Shown here piece by piece: positions 49,401 through 62,801 of a stretch of DNA of 64,000 nt. Position numbers and translations under genes: made by a program. The stretch is from Paraspadella gotoi (taxonomy: Eukaryota; Animalia; Chaetognatha), in assembly GCA_051294375.1 (NCBI GenBank), contig CM119269.1, forward strand, positions 310,001 through 374,000. Direction: 5' to 3'. Position 1 is the stretch's first letter. Every line of letters starts with the position of its first letter. The notes beneath the pieces are model-generated. The model did no database searches. It was not told where the DNA came from and saw nothing but the letters and a program-made list of their open reading frames with translations.

Positions 49401-50718
49401 ATTAAAATTAAGTTTAGGGACGCTTTCGGAAAATTGTGCAACCTCTCCCTTTTTTTTCTTACCTGGTCGGGTCGGCTCCGTGTCTAACCAAAGCAGCGAT
49501 GGCGTTGGCAGGAGCGCCGGACTCGACCGCGCCCAAAAGCGGCGTCGTCATCGACTGGACGCCGGCGCTGACCTCAAAACGGCGCTCATCTTCAAAGCGG
49601 CGTTCGTTGGGTTTCATCGCCGTCAGAATATTATCGAGCAGGACGCCATCTTGCTTGGCCAATTCGTGAACGACTGAAGATGATTGATTGATTGATTAGA
49701 TTGATTGACTGATTGATTGATTAGATTTATTAGATTGATTTTATTGAGAGAATGATTAATTAAACTATTAGAAATATGAGAAATTAAAATATTAGAATGA
49801 TGAATTAAAATATTAAAATAAAATAATTAACTATTTTATTGATTCATTGCTCATTCGAATTATTTCTCTATTATTGACAGTGAAATTGATTAAATTCATT
49901 TGACTCTTTGCTTAGCCAAAATTTCAATTAAGTCATTCAATATTTTTTTTATTTCATTGACTAGACTTTTTACATATATATATATCTATTCGTCGTTTGT
50001 AGATTTGTTAGTTTTATTGATAAAAAGTTTTATTTAAAAATGCAAAGTCGCTTAACAGAATGAATCACCCGTAGTCTTTTTCCCTGGTCCAACTGCTTCC
50101 CAGGGATTGGCTCCTTTTTCGATGAGATAACGAAGGACTTGAATTTGATTGGCTGAAGAGGAGGAAGAGGAAGAAGAGGAAGAAGAGGAGGATCGATTGT
50201 GTGTGGATATCAAAGCTGCGTGAACGAGAGGAGTTTGATTGCCGTTGTCCATCCTGCAAATGAAACAATAAATGTTACAATAAATCAACTGAGAAATTGA
50301 AATAATGACAAATGAGAAAATGAATCAATTAAATCGTTATTAAACAACTCATCATTTTCAAAAAATCAACCAATAAAAAAATCTTAAAAGAATAGGATCG
50401 AGCCTCCCTTCAATGATAACCAAATATTGATGCGATGATAACCAAAGGATTGATGCGATGATAACCAAATATTGATGCGATGATAACCAATAATTGATGA
50501 GATGATAACCAAATGATCGATGTGATGATAACCAATGATTGATGTGATAATAACCAAATGGTTGATGCGATGATAGTCATCATTGATGTGATGATAATTC
50601 ATTATTGATTATATTGATAGTCATTCATTGATGCGATGATAGTCATTCATTGACGCAATGAATCATTCATCATAAATAAAACAAACAAATGCGTGTATGA
50701 GTGAAAGAAGAGAGAGAA

Positions 50719-50750
<32 letters not shown>

Positions 50751-53700
50751 AGAGCAAAAATCCACGAAAATCTCGGATGTAATTTGGGATTTTGCATTGA
50801 GAAAAAAGCGTGGAATAAATGGCGATAATAAAAGTTTTTAAAGATAAATAATAATTTTTAAAAAAACAATTACGCAAGAGATCGTACAGAGAGAGAAAGC
50901 TGGACAGCCGCTGGAAGGCAGCTGAACAGTCACTGTAGAGCCTGAACTCGTTTTTAAAGGGTTCAGAAAAGGCAGCAACTGATAAAAATAATAATTTAAA
51001 AAAATAAAAGAAAGGAAAAAATGTTACAATTGTTTACAATTATTTTTTAAAAATTTTTTTCTCATCATAGCTGTGTAAAGATTTTATTTTTATTTGTATT
51101 AAAATTAAGATATAGCTTCTCATTAAAAGGTCTTTTGATTTCACATGTTTTTTATGGATTCACTTTAACAAAGTTTGGAAATGTTTTCGTCAACGATTTT
51201 TTATTAGTATAAGGACATGTTTCGACTCTTCATTTCGAGTCTTCATCAGCAGTAATGATGCATTAACAAATTTGTGTAAAAGAAGGGAGAGAGAGAGAGA
51301 GAGAGAGAGTGAGAGAGAAAGAGAGAGAGAGAGAGAGGGCCAAAAGTTTCCAACACAGAGATAGTTGTTAAGAATGAGTACAGTTTGAGTTGAGGACAGA
51401 TCAGTTGTGAAAAGAAGTGAAATGGTCAATTGGTGAAAGAGAGAGAGAGAGAGACAGAAGGAGAGAGGGAGAGAGAGAGAGAGAAGAGAGAAAACAGGGA
51501 GAGACAAAATAATACATTATGTAATGTACAACAAAGAATAAATTTAAACTAATGGTGAATTTAACAATTATTCTAGTAATAAATAGATAGTAATGAAAGG
51601 AAAGAAAGTTTTTAAATGTGAAATGATACATTTTGTGAGGATGATAAGTGAATGTTAAAGTGAAAAATTAAGAATTAAGATAGAGCTCAAAATGAGCTGG
51701 CCCCCCTTGGTTTATGCAAATGAAAGGCTTTAACGAATGAAGCCCGGGTCATTGACGCGTCATTGGTTGAGATGACAATTCTGTTGAGTTCATTGCCGTT
51801 GCATTAGGTAGGCTTCCTTGCGGGAAGGGACCAAGTGCGACTCGAATGTCTCTCTGGCCTGGTACGCCTGCCGACTGCCCCCTTCTCGCCTGCTGGCGAG
51901 GCGGGCGGTTGTCCGTTCTTGCCGCTTTTCAACAGGAGTGGTGGACTCCCTCTCCTCTCCTGTAGCCGTCATTTTGGGCGGCGCTCATTCCCCAGAGAGA
52001 GGGAATGAGTTGCTACAAATCAAGGGAGAGGCATCGTTTGCCATTGCCTGCGCAAGGGTCTCCGCCTGTCTCGTTGATGTGAGACAGGGGAATCATTGTG
52101 CGGTCGTGGTGGTGGCGGGGCCTCCACCACGCTTTTGATAAGCGAATCATAGCTTGGAGGGAGGTCGAATCGTCCTCCATCACGATTCAAAGAAGGTTCG
52201 AGGGCTTTGATGTAAATAGCCTCTCTAATACTCTTGTGAACCAGTTTGGGTCATGGACAGCACGAGACAGTCTACTCTCTAAATGCATGGCCAGTATTCG
52301 CTTTGTGCTCAGCGATTGCGGACAGGAAGTGTCCACGGGTATCACGATAAGGTTTCGTGTGCTGTTGGAAACGGTCTGTGAGGGACTTGCCTGTCTCGCC
52401 CACGTATGCTGCTGTGCAGAGTTGATTGCCCGCCCCTGCACAGGCCGCCACAGTAGATGGCTCCTGATATTTTCGGTCTGGGGATTTTATCTTTCGGTTT
52501 CACCAATTGCTCACGTAGGGAGCCGCGGGCCGTCACTGAGGTGGAGATCCCCTGCTTTGCTAGCACCCGCACCAATGACTCAGTGATCCCCTGGTGGTAG
52601 GGGAGGGACAAGTGGCCCACGTTCCTAGGTCGCTTCTGCTTATCTTCCGGTGCGCTGTGGTGGGCGCGGTCGCCTCTTCAGCAGCAAGCTCCCTTCCTAC
52701 CTCCTGGGGGGTGGAGTAGGGTCTGCGTTAGCGGCTACTTGGGCAGCCCCTTGGTCGCCACTGCCCTCAGCCAGGTGCGGCCGATACCTAGCCTTCTCGA
52801 AGGCCCACAATGGGTAGCCATTGATCGCCAAGGCTCTTTTGACGTGCTCAAGCTCGGCGGCCTGAAGCTCGGGGGTCGACGGAATCAGCTTGGCTCTCCT
52901 GGTAAGGGATCTGACCGTGGCGAGCTTATGAGACAAGGGGGCATGAGAGTCGAAGGGAATGTATTGGTCTGTGTGTGTGGGTTTGCGATATACCGAAAAT
53001 TCCAATGAACCGCCCTCTTTGCGCTGAATTAGAACATCGAGGCATTGGAATTGACCCATTCATCTCCTTCTCACATGTCCACTTGATGCTCACGTGTATG
53101 CTGTTCAAGTGTTTTAAGAGGTCCTCAGAGGAGGTCCCTCCTCACGGCCCAGGATAGTATCGTCTGCCTTCCGATAACCAGAAGAGGACTGACTCTGCCC
53201 ATGCAACGATCGAAAAGAAGCCAAAGCTTCCACCTCATAGTCCTCCATATAGAAATCTGCCAGAGGACTTGATGTTGATTTGCCCATCCCTAAGCCACCA
53301 GGCTGGGCATAATATTGTCCATCGAACCTGAAGTACGCCAGTTCCAGGTCCAGCCGCAGCAGTGCGCATGATGTCATCCAATTGGATTGGCGTACGCTCG
53401 TGCAACTTCCGGTCTTCCCTCAAGCGGCGTTCTGCTGAGGCTAACGCCAATTCTTGGGGAATATTTGTAAACATACTTGTTAAGTCACACGAGACCAAGA
53501 GATGACTATCTGGCACTTTGATATGCTGCAACTTTTCTGTCAGATCGAGAGAATTTCTGAGGTGGTGTTGATTACCAACCAAAGGAGTGAGTATGCGACC
53601 CAATTCCTTCGTCATTCCATTAAAAATGGAATTGCGGGCTAAAAACGATCGGGCGTAATGGTAGATCGGGCTTATGTACCTTCGGCTGACCGAGAGAACA

Positions 53701-56700
53701 AAGGAGGCTGCGTTGAGTCAGGATTGACTCTGTGAAATACTGACGGGGGACAGTATTCACGTATTTTTTTCGTCACGGTCTGGATCTTAGCCCTGTAGGC
53801 GAGGGTGGGATCCTTTGGCAGGAGATGGTAGGTGTTTCTGTCCTGCCAACATTTTTTTCACCTTGTCTTTGTAGTCATGGGCGTCCATGACTACCGCAGC
53901 TCTTCCCTTGTCCGCGGGGTGAACCATGATTGCCTGATTGCGCTTGAGTGAGGCGATGGCCTTGCGCTCACTCTTTCCGACATTTGGCGGGGGCGGAGCT
54001 CTGTTGGCATTAAACATCCGCGCCGCCGCCGCCCAAGGGTAGCCGCCGCTTCGGGTTTTTGATCCAGGAGTCTCGCTCCTGTCTCAATTCCGACAATGAG
54101 GTCAATTGCAGGTAAATTTTGAGCTCTATCTTAATTCTTAATTTTTCACTTTAACATTCACTTATCTATCCCTCACAAAATGTATCATTTCACATTTAAA
54201 AACTTTCTCTTCCTTTCATTACTATCTATTTATTACTAGAATAAATTGTTAAATTCACCATTAGTTTAAATTTATTCTTTGTTGTACATTACATAATGTA
54301 TTATTTTGTCTCTCCCTGTTTTTCTCTCTCTCTCTCTCTCTCTCCCTCTCTCCTTCTGTCTCTCTCTCTCTCTCTTTCACCAATTGACCATTTCACTTCT
54401 TTTCACAACTGATCTGTCCTACTCAAACTGTTGTACTCATTCTTTAACAACTATCTCTGTGTTGGAAACTTTTTGGCCCTCTCTCTCTCTCTCTCTTTTC
54501 TCTCATACTCTCTCTCTCTTCTCTCTCTCTCCTTCTTTTACACAAATTTTGTTAATGCATCATTACTGCTGATGAAGACTCGAATGAAGAGTCGAAACAT
54601 GTCCTTATACTAATAAAAAATCGTTGACGAAAACATTTCCAAACTTTGTTAAATCTCTATACTCAACGAAGCCGAAAGGATTAACACAATGGATTCACTT
54701 TTATAAAACTTCCATGTATTTTATAATAATTTTTATTTTAAAAAAACGGTAAGTCCCAGCCAAAACTATAAAAGCGAAGTAGTTTTTATATAAGAATGCG
54801 TGACGACGACGACGATGTCACAAAGAAGCTCACCCGAATCAATATCGAGCCTGAACCGGCTTCGACGGTAGGCTCGATAATAAATAACCTGTTCAACTCC
54901 TGCAAAGCCACTCCTTCTCTCTCGAATCGCTCCACTAAGACTCTAACGAAAGCGAACATCAAATTCTTGCAGCCAAAGTGGAGCGGCGTTTCTCCATCAG
55001 CATCGTCGTCCGGAAGGGTCAGGGACTCCAGCGACTGCGTGGCCACCAAAGCAAGATAGATCCCCAGCAGGCGCCGTTCTTGACGCTCCTTCAGCTGGAG
55101 AGACTTTCGTACGACGAGCGAGTTCAGCATGAAGACGTCGTCGACGGTGATGGAGGTTGTGGGGAAAGTGGATGGAGGAGGATGTGGAAAGGGTTGGGGG
55201 TCAAGTTGTGGAAGAAGAATCGGGGAGCGAAACTGGAGGGAAGACTCTGGAATCGGAGTTGGCCATGAGGATTGGGGCAAAGTTTGGGGTAGAGTTTGGG
55301 CTTGTTGCATCTGTTCAAGCGGCTGTTGCTGCATCTGGTGCTGTATGAGTTGCTGCGTCTGTTGCTGTATCTGTGGCTGAATTTGTTGCTGCATCTCCAT
55401 TTGCTGAATCTGCATTAGTTGCATCTGAGATGCATCGACTGTTTGAATGACGGGGAAACCATTCTCGCTCCAATTTGGAACTAAAATGAAGTTTATGAAT
55501 TTTGTAAATTTTATAAATTACTTATTCTATAAATTTACATAGTTTCGCTCTCGATATTATAGAATAGATAGTAAAGCGTAGTAAAAATTATAAATTTAAC
55601 TTTAATTAAAATTCTAAAAAAGGAACGAACAACATTATACTAATGAACATTTCTGTATAAAAAAATTGTATTATAAATTTAACAATTTACGCATTAGGCC
55701 ATATTTATGCATAGTACTAATCCAATAAATGGTGAAATGTCAAAATAATTTTTTGTAAGATTTTTTTAACAGATTTGGATTCGTCTTGAAAAGTTGATAT
55801 AAAGAAATATAACTCTTTTTTAAAAATTGTTTCATTAAGTTGGTCAAATATCAGAAAAACTTATATTTAAAGCTATGTTAAATATAGTTTTTTTAATTTT
55901 TAATGAAAGAATTTTTAAGAATGGTTTATATTTTCTTTTATCAACTTTTAACGAGGAATTCAAATCTGCAATCAAAATTAAGAAAAGCGTATTTTGAAAT
56001 TTTTTGATTTTATAATGCGAAAATTAAAAAACATAAAATTATTTTTTAACAAATTAATGTTAACTGATGGACCATCAGTGATGGTATGTTGTTCATAATT
56101 GACTTTTAGAATTTTCGTATGTAACTTTCACTACGCTCAAGAGGTAAGATAGGCCATTTATTGAATAAATGGTTAATTTCTTTATTGGTTCTACTAATTT
56201 CATACTCCTAACCTTCCACCGATACTCACCGACAGCGAGGGCGTTCGTCCCAGAGTCGTCAAGATGAATCAAGGTCGTCTCTTGCAACGCCTCGTCCACT
56301 GTGGTACATCGGAAAGAAGGAATAAGAGGAGGAGAAGTATAAGGAGGTTCGGCGGTCGGATGGAAGAGATCCCCGAACGTATCTATGATCGGAGACATCG
56401 GCCCAGAATTGTGGCTGCACAAAGAGAGATTGGGAAAAGCGATTGATTGGTTGAAGAGAGATTGGGAACAGAGATTGATTGGTTAAAGAGGATCGGTTAA
56501 GGGAGATTGGTTAAATCTTAGCCTGGATTTGGTAATTTGTTCACTCTACTCTGTGGAATTAAAAGGGTTTGTGAATGTTATTATCGTGGTCTGTGTTTTG
56601 TAAACTATAGACCATGGACTGTGTTCTACTGACTATGATCAGCGGTCCGGGGCCTCGGATACCAGGCGTGTCGTCTTTAGTCTAAAATCTATGAACTAAA

Positions 56701-58678
56701 GTCTATGGTTAGTAGACTGTGATTCAGGTTATGTCTCTTGTTTATGATTTGTAATCTGTGGTCTGTGATCTGTGGTCTGTAATCTGTGGTCTGTGATCTG
56801 TGGGCTGTGATCAGTGGTCTGTGGTTTGTGATCTGTGGTCGGTGGTCTGTGATCTGTGATCTGTAGTCTGTGATCTGTGGGCTGTGATCTGTGATCTGAT
56901 GTTTGTGATCTGTGGTCGGTGATCTGTGATTTGTGGCTGTGATCTGTGGTTTGTGATCTGTGATCTGTTGTCTGTGATCTGTGGTCTGTGATATGTGGTC
57001 TGTGATCTGTGATATGTGGTCTGTGATCTGTTGTCTGTGGTCTGTGATATGTAGTCTGTGATCTGTGATCTGTGCTCTGTAATGCTGTGGGCTGTGATAT
57101 GTGGTCTGTGATCTGTGTTCTGTGGTTTGTGATCTATGGGCTGTGATCTGTGGTCAGTGGTCAGTGATCTGAGGTCTTTCATCTGTGGTCTGTGGTCAGT
57201 AGTCTGTGATCTGTGATCTGTGGTCAGTGAGCTGAGGTATGTGATCTGTGGTCTGTGATCTGTGGGCTGTGATATGTGGTCTGTCATCTGTGATCTGTGG
57301 TTTGTGATCTGTGATCTGTTGTCTGTGATCTGTGGTCTGTGATCTGTGGTCTGTAATCTGTGGGCTGTGATCTGTAATCTGTGGGCTGTGATATTGGTCT
57401 GTGATCTGTGATCTGTGGTCTGTGATCTGTGATCCGCTGTCTGTGATCTGTTGTTTGTGATATGTGGTCTGTGAGCTGTGGTTTGTGATCTGTGATCTGT
57501 GGTCTATGATTTGTGGGCTGTGATCTGTTGTCTGTGATATGTGGTCTGTGATCTGTGATCTGTGATCTGTGGACTGTGATCTGTCAAAAGTATTGAAAGC
57601 ATCAGAAATGACTTTTTCTTTTTCACCTCAACGAACTGAACGACGAAGATTCTGATTCAGAATTCGGCAGAGTCTTTCTCCGCCATTCTGGCGAAGGCTC
57701 GGGCGAAGGCTGCGCCGGAGACTCTTGCCGAAAATCAAGAGTAGCTTCCGGTGAAGATTGAAAATCCGGCAGAGCTTCCGGCGAAGACTGCGGGGGGGAC
57801 GGAAAGAAATTCGCGTCTCTGAGAATCGGAGAATCAAAAAATGGATTTGTCGTCGGCGTCGTCGTGCTAGCCGAAGGCCCCAACCCGGACGGCGTCTTGA
57901 AGGCGGGTTGCGGAGTGTCCAGCGAAGCATCCAATGGTCCCTCGACACCCCGACGGGAGACAAGCAGGCGGAGATTGCCCGAAGCTTAGAAAGGGTTGAG
58001 AAGTCAAGAGTTATTTAAATTGAATTATTTAAAGATTAAAATGAGAGATTGAATTATTTAAAGAATTAAATGAGTGATTGAATTATTTAATGTTTGAATG
58101 ATTTATGGGTGGTGTTTAATTAATTTATAAAATTGGGGCGTCCAATATAAATTTATTCATTATCCATTATCCAAAGTCTTGTCCCTGATTGATTGATTGA
58201 TTGATTTATTGATCTCACCTATCGGACCCTTAGCCACCAATCGCACATTTTGACGGCCTTCCTCTTTCTCCTCCTCCTCCTCTTCCTCCTCTTGACGACG
58301 ACGACGAAGACGAAATCGACGAATCGCATCTGCGACCGAATTGAGCGCCGACCGACCGACCTCCAAATGACCGACCACCGACTGACCGACCACCGACTGA
58401 CTAACAGCTGATTGCCCGACAAATGATTGCCCGACAAATGATTGCCCGACAGATGATTTCCCGACAGATGCACGCTCGACAGATGATTGCCCGACAGTTG
58501 ATAGCCCTCCGTCCGATGTCGACGTCTGCGGAAGCGTCGTCAAGCCTAGAGGCTGCACCGGCGGCTGCAACGGCGGCTGCACCGGCGGCTGCACCGATGC
58601 ACCGGCGACGTCGCTGATCTTCAAATCCGCCAATTGCGTTTCCAAAGTCTCATCGTCCGTCATGAACTTGACCGTCAT
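46423..58678 (-). CDS. Ankyrin-repeat protein with long P/Q/S-rich N-terminus (IkB/Bcl-3-like architecture); exons ~58678-58219, 57984-57627, 56414-56230, 55480-54834, 50253-50069, 49673-49463, 46618-46423; middle and 3' end incomplete
   Basis: Ankyrin motifs DADGETPLHFGC, NGNQTPLVHAA..LRYLIEKGANP, TTPLLGAV..LVRHGADP, NAFGQNALQIA; phases consistent for exons 1-4 and 5-7, but the 4-to-5 join needs an unresolved extra exon (candidate ~50890-50978). Confidence 0.75.
46709..48927. mobile_element. Non-autonomous TIR DNA transposon inside an ankyrin-gene intron
   Basis: GACACAATGAAAAAT.. at the left and ..ATTTTTCATTGTGTC at the right (~26-bp imperfect TIR), both flanked by ATAA (4-bp TSD); AT-rich non-coding interior. 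Confidence 0.7.
50412..50660. repeat. ~22-bp minisatellite (TTGATGCGATGATAACCAAATA)
   Basis: Repeated degenerate units. Confidence 0.85.
51214..51249 (-). ncRNA. Minimal type I hammerhead ribozyme motif in the 3' pLTR
   Basis: CTGATGA-A-GACTC-loop-GAGTC-GAAA-CATGTC: intact core, stem II, palindromic ACATGT and GUC site; stem I pairing is weak. Confidence 0.8.
52130..54117 (-). pseudogene. PLE reverse transcriptase + GIY-YIG endonuclease, multiple frameshifts
   Basis: PADKG, PKVHK..PLRPIV, DLTSMFTNIP, GLGMG..SSPLADFYME, RKADD, LDV, VYRKPTHTDQY, GAIY...YVGET, EAIYI..LNRDGG across frames. Confidence 0.93.
54569..54603 (+). ncRNA. Minimal hammerhead motif in the inverted 5' pLTR
   Basis: CTGATGAAGACTCGAATGAAGAGTCGAAACATGTC. 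Confidence 0.8.
56750..57585. repeat. Intronic 7-bp-based satellite (TGTGATC/TGTGGTC)
   Basis: ~830 bp of alternating heptamer variants. Confidence 0.95.
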
Positions 58679-60174
58679 CTTGATGTCAAAATGGGCGTGG
58701 CACTTGATGTCAAAAAAGGAGGCGTCTTCGTTGGCGTCAAAAAAGGAGGCGTGGCAATTGACTTCAAAAAAAAGAGGCGTGGCACTTGACGCTTCAACCG
58801 GTTGATATGAGACTGTGTCAATAATAAAAATCTTAATACAATTTGAGTTGGACATTAGGAAGAGTTCACCCCGTCTATAATCTGTTTCGGTTTTCCTCCG
58901 GTGGCTCATCCACTCATCCACTCATCCATAAGCTTAAGACCATTGGGTACCGAGATTAATCCTCAAAGGGAATAGGGGTAACTCATGCTCGGGGCCTAGA
59001 AAACACCTGAGCCCAGGACAATAAACATTATGAGCGAGGGGGTTAAAGGAGTCTACATTTGTGAGGAATGGAAAGGGTCATGGGCATGAATTCCGTCTTG
59101 GGGGTATTACAGGCCCCAAAGGGTGAGTACCTTTGTGGATTAGTGGAGGCGGTCGAGATAAATATGAACGAAATGAGATGAATTGATTTATGGTAATCAG
59201 AAAAAGCGAATGGAATCCAATTGGCTAATCGTACAATGAGGCCTTTATTTTTATAGAGAGAGAAACTTTGATTACATTTGTAAACAAAACAATTCAAAAT
59301 AACTGGGCAATGGATTTTTTAAGGACTTCGTTTGGAGTTTTTATTTTCTTTCTCAGATAATAATACTCAGGTTCTCCATTAATCTATCCGAGTACCTAAT
59401 GGTCACGAGCTGACGGTATTACTTAATAAAACACCGGGTTCCAACTGAGAGGCTCATGTTTATAGGCGAGGTTAACTTTTCGATTAAACAATAATTGGTA
59501 AAATAAATTTATGGACAAAACTAGGATCGAATATAAGTCTCGGAAAGAAATGGAACCAGGGATCGAACCCGGGGTCGAACCTGGGATTATCCGGAGGTTA
59601 GAAGATTATCTGATTAGAAGGTTAGAAGATTATTTTATTAAAAGGTTCATTTGTTTTTTTTTAATTTCAGTTGCGACGAAGTTTAAAACTTTTGTGTACG
59701 AAAATTTATGAGAATTAAACGTTAAAAAAATAGACACAAAATAATCGTTTCGTTTTTTGGCATATATTCTTTAGTGATGATGTAATTTAAGAGTAAATTA
59801 GTTTCTATGAATAGTATATCTTTTTTAAATTAATATTTCCAAACAACGAAATAAAAACGTGGACCTTTTCCTTCAAACTCAATTTGCTTGAGGCAAATAT
59901 AAAGAAGATCCAATTTCATGTTTTATTTGTGCCTCGTGATTCACAAAAAACTTTTTTGCGGTGAAATTCACGAGAAAGTTTTTCACCGCGATTAATTAGT
60001 GCGTTTTTGGAAATTGTTATTTGTGATAAAGAAGCTTTTGAAGCCACTTTTTTTAGAATTGTTATAAAAATTGTTAAATGCGGTCGAGTCTCGAGGAAGT
60101 AATTTTTTTTCTTCTTCCAGGATTTCGTCATCGAATTTGCTGTGGCTGAAACTGAGTCTGCCTCAGAATGCTGA

Positions 60175-60242
<68 letters not shown>

Positions 60243-60561
60243 CAGAGAGAGTTTCTAGAAGTTTCGTCCGGTGGAATTTAAATTCAGATCGAAAAACTTT
60301 TCGTGTTTATTTTGTTTTTAAATATCGAATTAAACTTGGTCTATTATAAATTTGATGTAGATAGCACACTATGTTTTAGGCCAAAAAGCTAAGAATAATG
60401 TTTTACAGTTGTTCAAATCATTAAAGTCGGACAAATTGAATTTCAGTCAAAACTTTGTTATTTCGAGCTGATCTTTTCGTTGCCTTTGAAATTAGAATTA
60501 AATGAGAATTTTGTTTTGGTGAAAGACAATGAATTTGATTTTCTTTTCTAGGAGAAAAATA

Positions 60562-60610
60562 TACATGTTTCGGCTAATATGTTTCGGCTAATACGTTAGC
60601 CTTCATCACC
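60562..60610 (-). ncRNA. Degenerate minimal hammerhead remnant of a different family
   Basis: GTGATGA-A-GGCTAA-cgta-TTAGCC-GAAACAT, followed by a duplicated ATTAGCCGAAACAT; first core C is G. Confidence 0.5.
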
Positions 60611-60986
60611 GCAAAATAATAAGTTTACAACATTACGCCTCTCGATTTCGAGAGTCCCCGATTCCTCTTCTTTTATTCTAAAATTTTATTTTAACTTTAA
60701 ATTCACCCTGATTATAAACTAATCCCTAATCCTTAAACTTAACTTAATCCTGAACTCTAATCTTAAACCCATATCTCTAATCTTTAATCCTAACCTTTAA
60801 CTTTAAATGCTAGTCTTTATCACGAACCAAATCCCTGACCTTAATCACTATCCTTACCCCTAACCTTATCCCCGACCTCTAACCTAAGTTTGAGCATGCA
60901 TTAGACAATCCAGAAAAAAACTGAATCACAAACCAAGACCAAAACCAATATTCACCAACATATCATATTTGTGAACGGTCGTCGAA

Positions 60987-61017
<31 letters not shown>

Positions 61018-62615
61018 TAGTCGTCATAGTCGTCGTCGTCTTCGTCTTCTGACCTCGTTCCCTCTCTTAATGCCATTTGTTTCAGATTAAGATATTAGAT
61101 AGGAGGCGCCACGAGTTTGGTTTTTGCCTCACCCTCTCTCTCTCTCTCTTTCTCTCTCTCCCTCTCTCACTCTTTCTCACTGACTCTACCTCTCACTTTC
61201 TCTCCAATACACGAGGCCGGAACAGGTTGAAAACTAGAAGTTCTCTCAAATAAATAATGGTTAAGTGACTGTTAGAGAATATGAAAATAAAAATAATTTT
61301 AAAAAAATATCTTATTAATAGGCGCACGGAAGCATTTAAAGATTATTATATTACTATATAAAGTTTTAATTTTTTTAATTTTTCAATTTTTTTTAATAGA
61401 TTCTGATGGAGCTTTAAAAGTTAGATAAAGGTTATTAATAAAACTTTTTAAATTTTTTTTGTTTTATTGATAAAAAATTTTAAAAAACCATAAAATTCAG
61501 CCAATGATAATGATGATGATGATGATTTTTTAAGGTTTTTTCTATTTTTAACCAATTTATTGTCAAAATTATAAAAAATTGTAGTACTAATTTTCATTTA
61601 ATTTTTTAAGCTCTATAGGAATCCGTTCTTAAAAAATATTTTTTTTTTTTAATTTTGTCATTTGTTATATATTAATAAATATTTCAAAGCTTAAGTGCAA
61701 CAACCCAATGAACTAATTCAAAAAGTTGAATTGAAAATCGATTTAGTAATAGAAGGAGAGAAGAAATTTTTTTGAGAGAATGAGCAGTTATAAAAAGTGT
61801 TCATTTTTGGCCCGCCTTACCATACACTTACCATGCGACTCCCGGAATTTATTTTTTTTCATTCCAGTGGCTTAGAGGGAGAACGACAGAGAGAGAGAGG
61901 TATGTAGAGCTAGATAGAGAGAGCAGAGAGAAAAAGAGAGCGAGAGGACGTCGCACCGGCAGAGTATCATTCATGTCAGCTTCCCTGATGATATCAGCTG
62001 TGGGAAGAGATCTTCGCCGTGCGGAGCCAAGGGCGGTGCCCGACTGGCGGTGCCCGACTGGCGGTGCCCGACTGGCGACTGGGGCTGGAACCGCGGCAGA
62101 AAACTCACTCCTTTATTATTTTTGCTTATTTCCCTTGTGGGCCTTTAAGGAGAAATCGGTCCGTGGTTAAGAGGCAAATACAATTATGCATGTATATTGT
62201 ATAATATATTGGATTAAATGATGTTTTAATTGTAAATCTACCGAAAAATAATATAATATATTCATTATGAACGAGCTAAGCAATAAAGAGTTCAAGTAAC
62301 AAATTTGTAAACTATTTAACTTCGCTCGCTCGGCAAAGTAAGGTTAGGTTTAGAGTAAAACGAAGTTCAATGATAAACCAATGGCTTAAGACACGATTTA
62401 CAACAAACAGAAATTGGGCGCTTTTTTAAAAGAGAGCCGAAAATCGTTTAGGTTATTTCATTTAAACAAAATTTTGATTCGTTTCCTTTTATTACATAAT
62501 TAGGCCAATATGGTTTGTTCAAATGTGATAGACTAACATATTCATTATGTACAAACTGTCTGATGCCCGCTTCATGTTTCTCCGCTATAAACTGCGGGCC
62601 CGTCCAATTGAAGGA

Positions 62616-62655
<40 letters not shown>

Positions 62656-62749
62656 GTCTCTCTCTCTCTCTCTCGTCTCTCTCGTCCTCTGCTCTTAACG
62701 TTTATTCCAATTCTGTCGCGTTTCTCGCTGCTGGATCCCGCGCAAACAT

Positions 62750-62801
<52 letters not shown>

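Larger units (their letters stand above)
51167..54688 (-). mobile_element. Penelope-like retroelement, 5'-truncated, with inverted pseudo-LTRs (51164-51690 and 54118-54653)
   Basis: RT plus GIY-YIG on the minus strand; ~530-bp inverted repeats; 13-bp direct repeat ATGGATTCACTTT at 51154-51166 and 54689-54701. Confidence 0.95.

Noticed and set aside
56750-57585. Repeat array as CRISPR, or the TDHRSQ ORF as a protein
   Set aside because: Heptamer satellite without unique spacers, inside an intron; no cas genes.
58880-58925. Hammerhead-like GATGAG...CGAAAC on the minus strand
   Set aside because: Lacks the CTGA core and a convincing stem II.
60715-60890. Telomere-like CCCTAA tract (also TTAGGG-like at ~12800-12830)
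   Set aside because: Too degenerate and internal; not adjacent to a recognisable PLE end.
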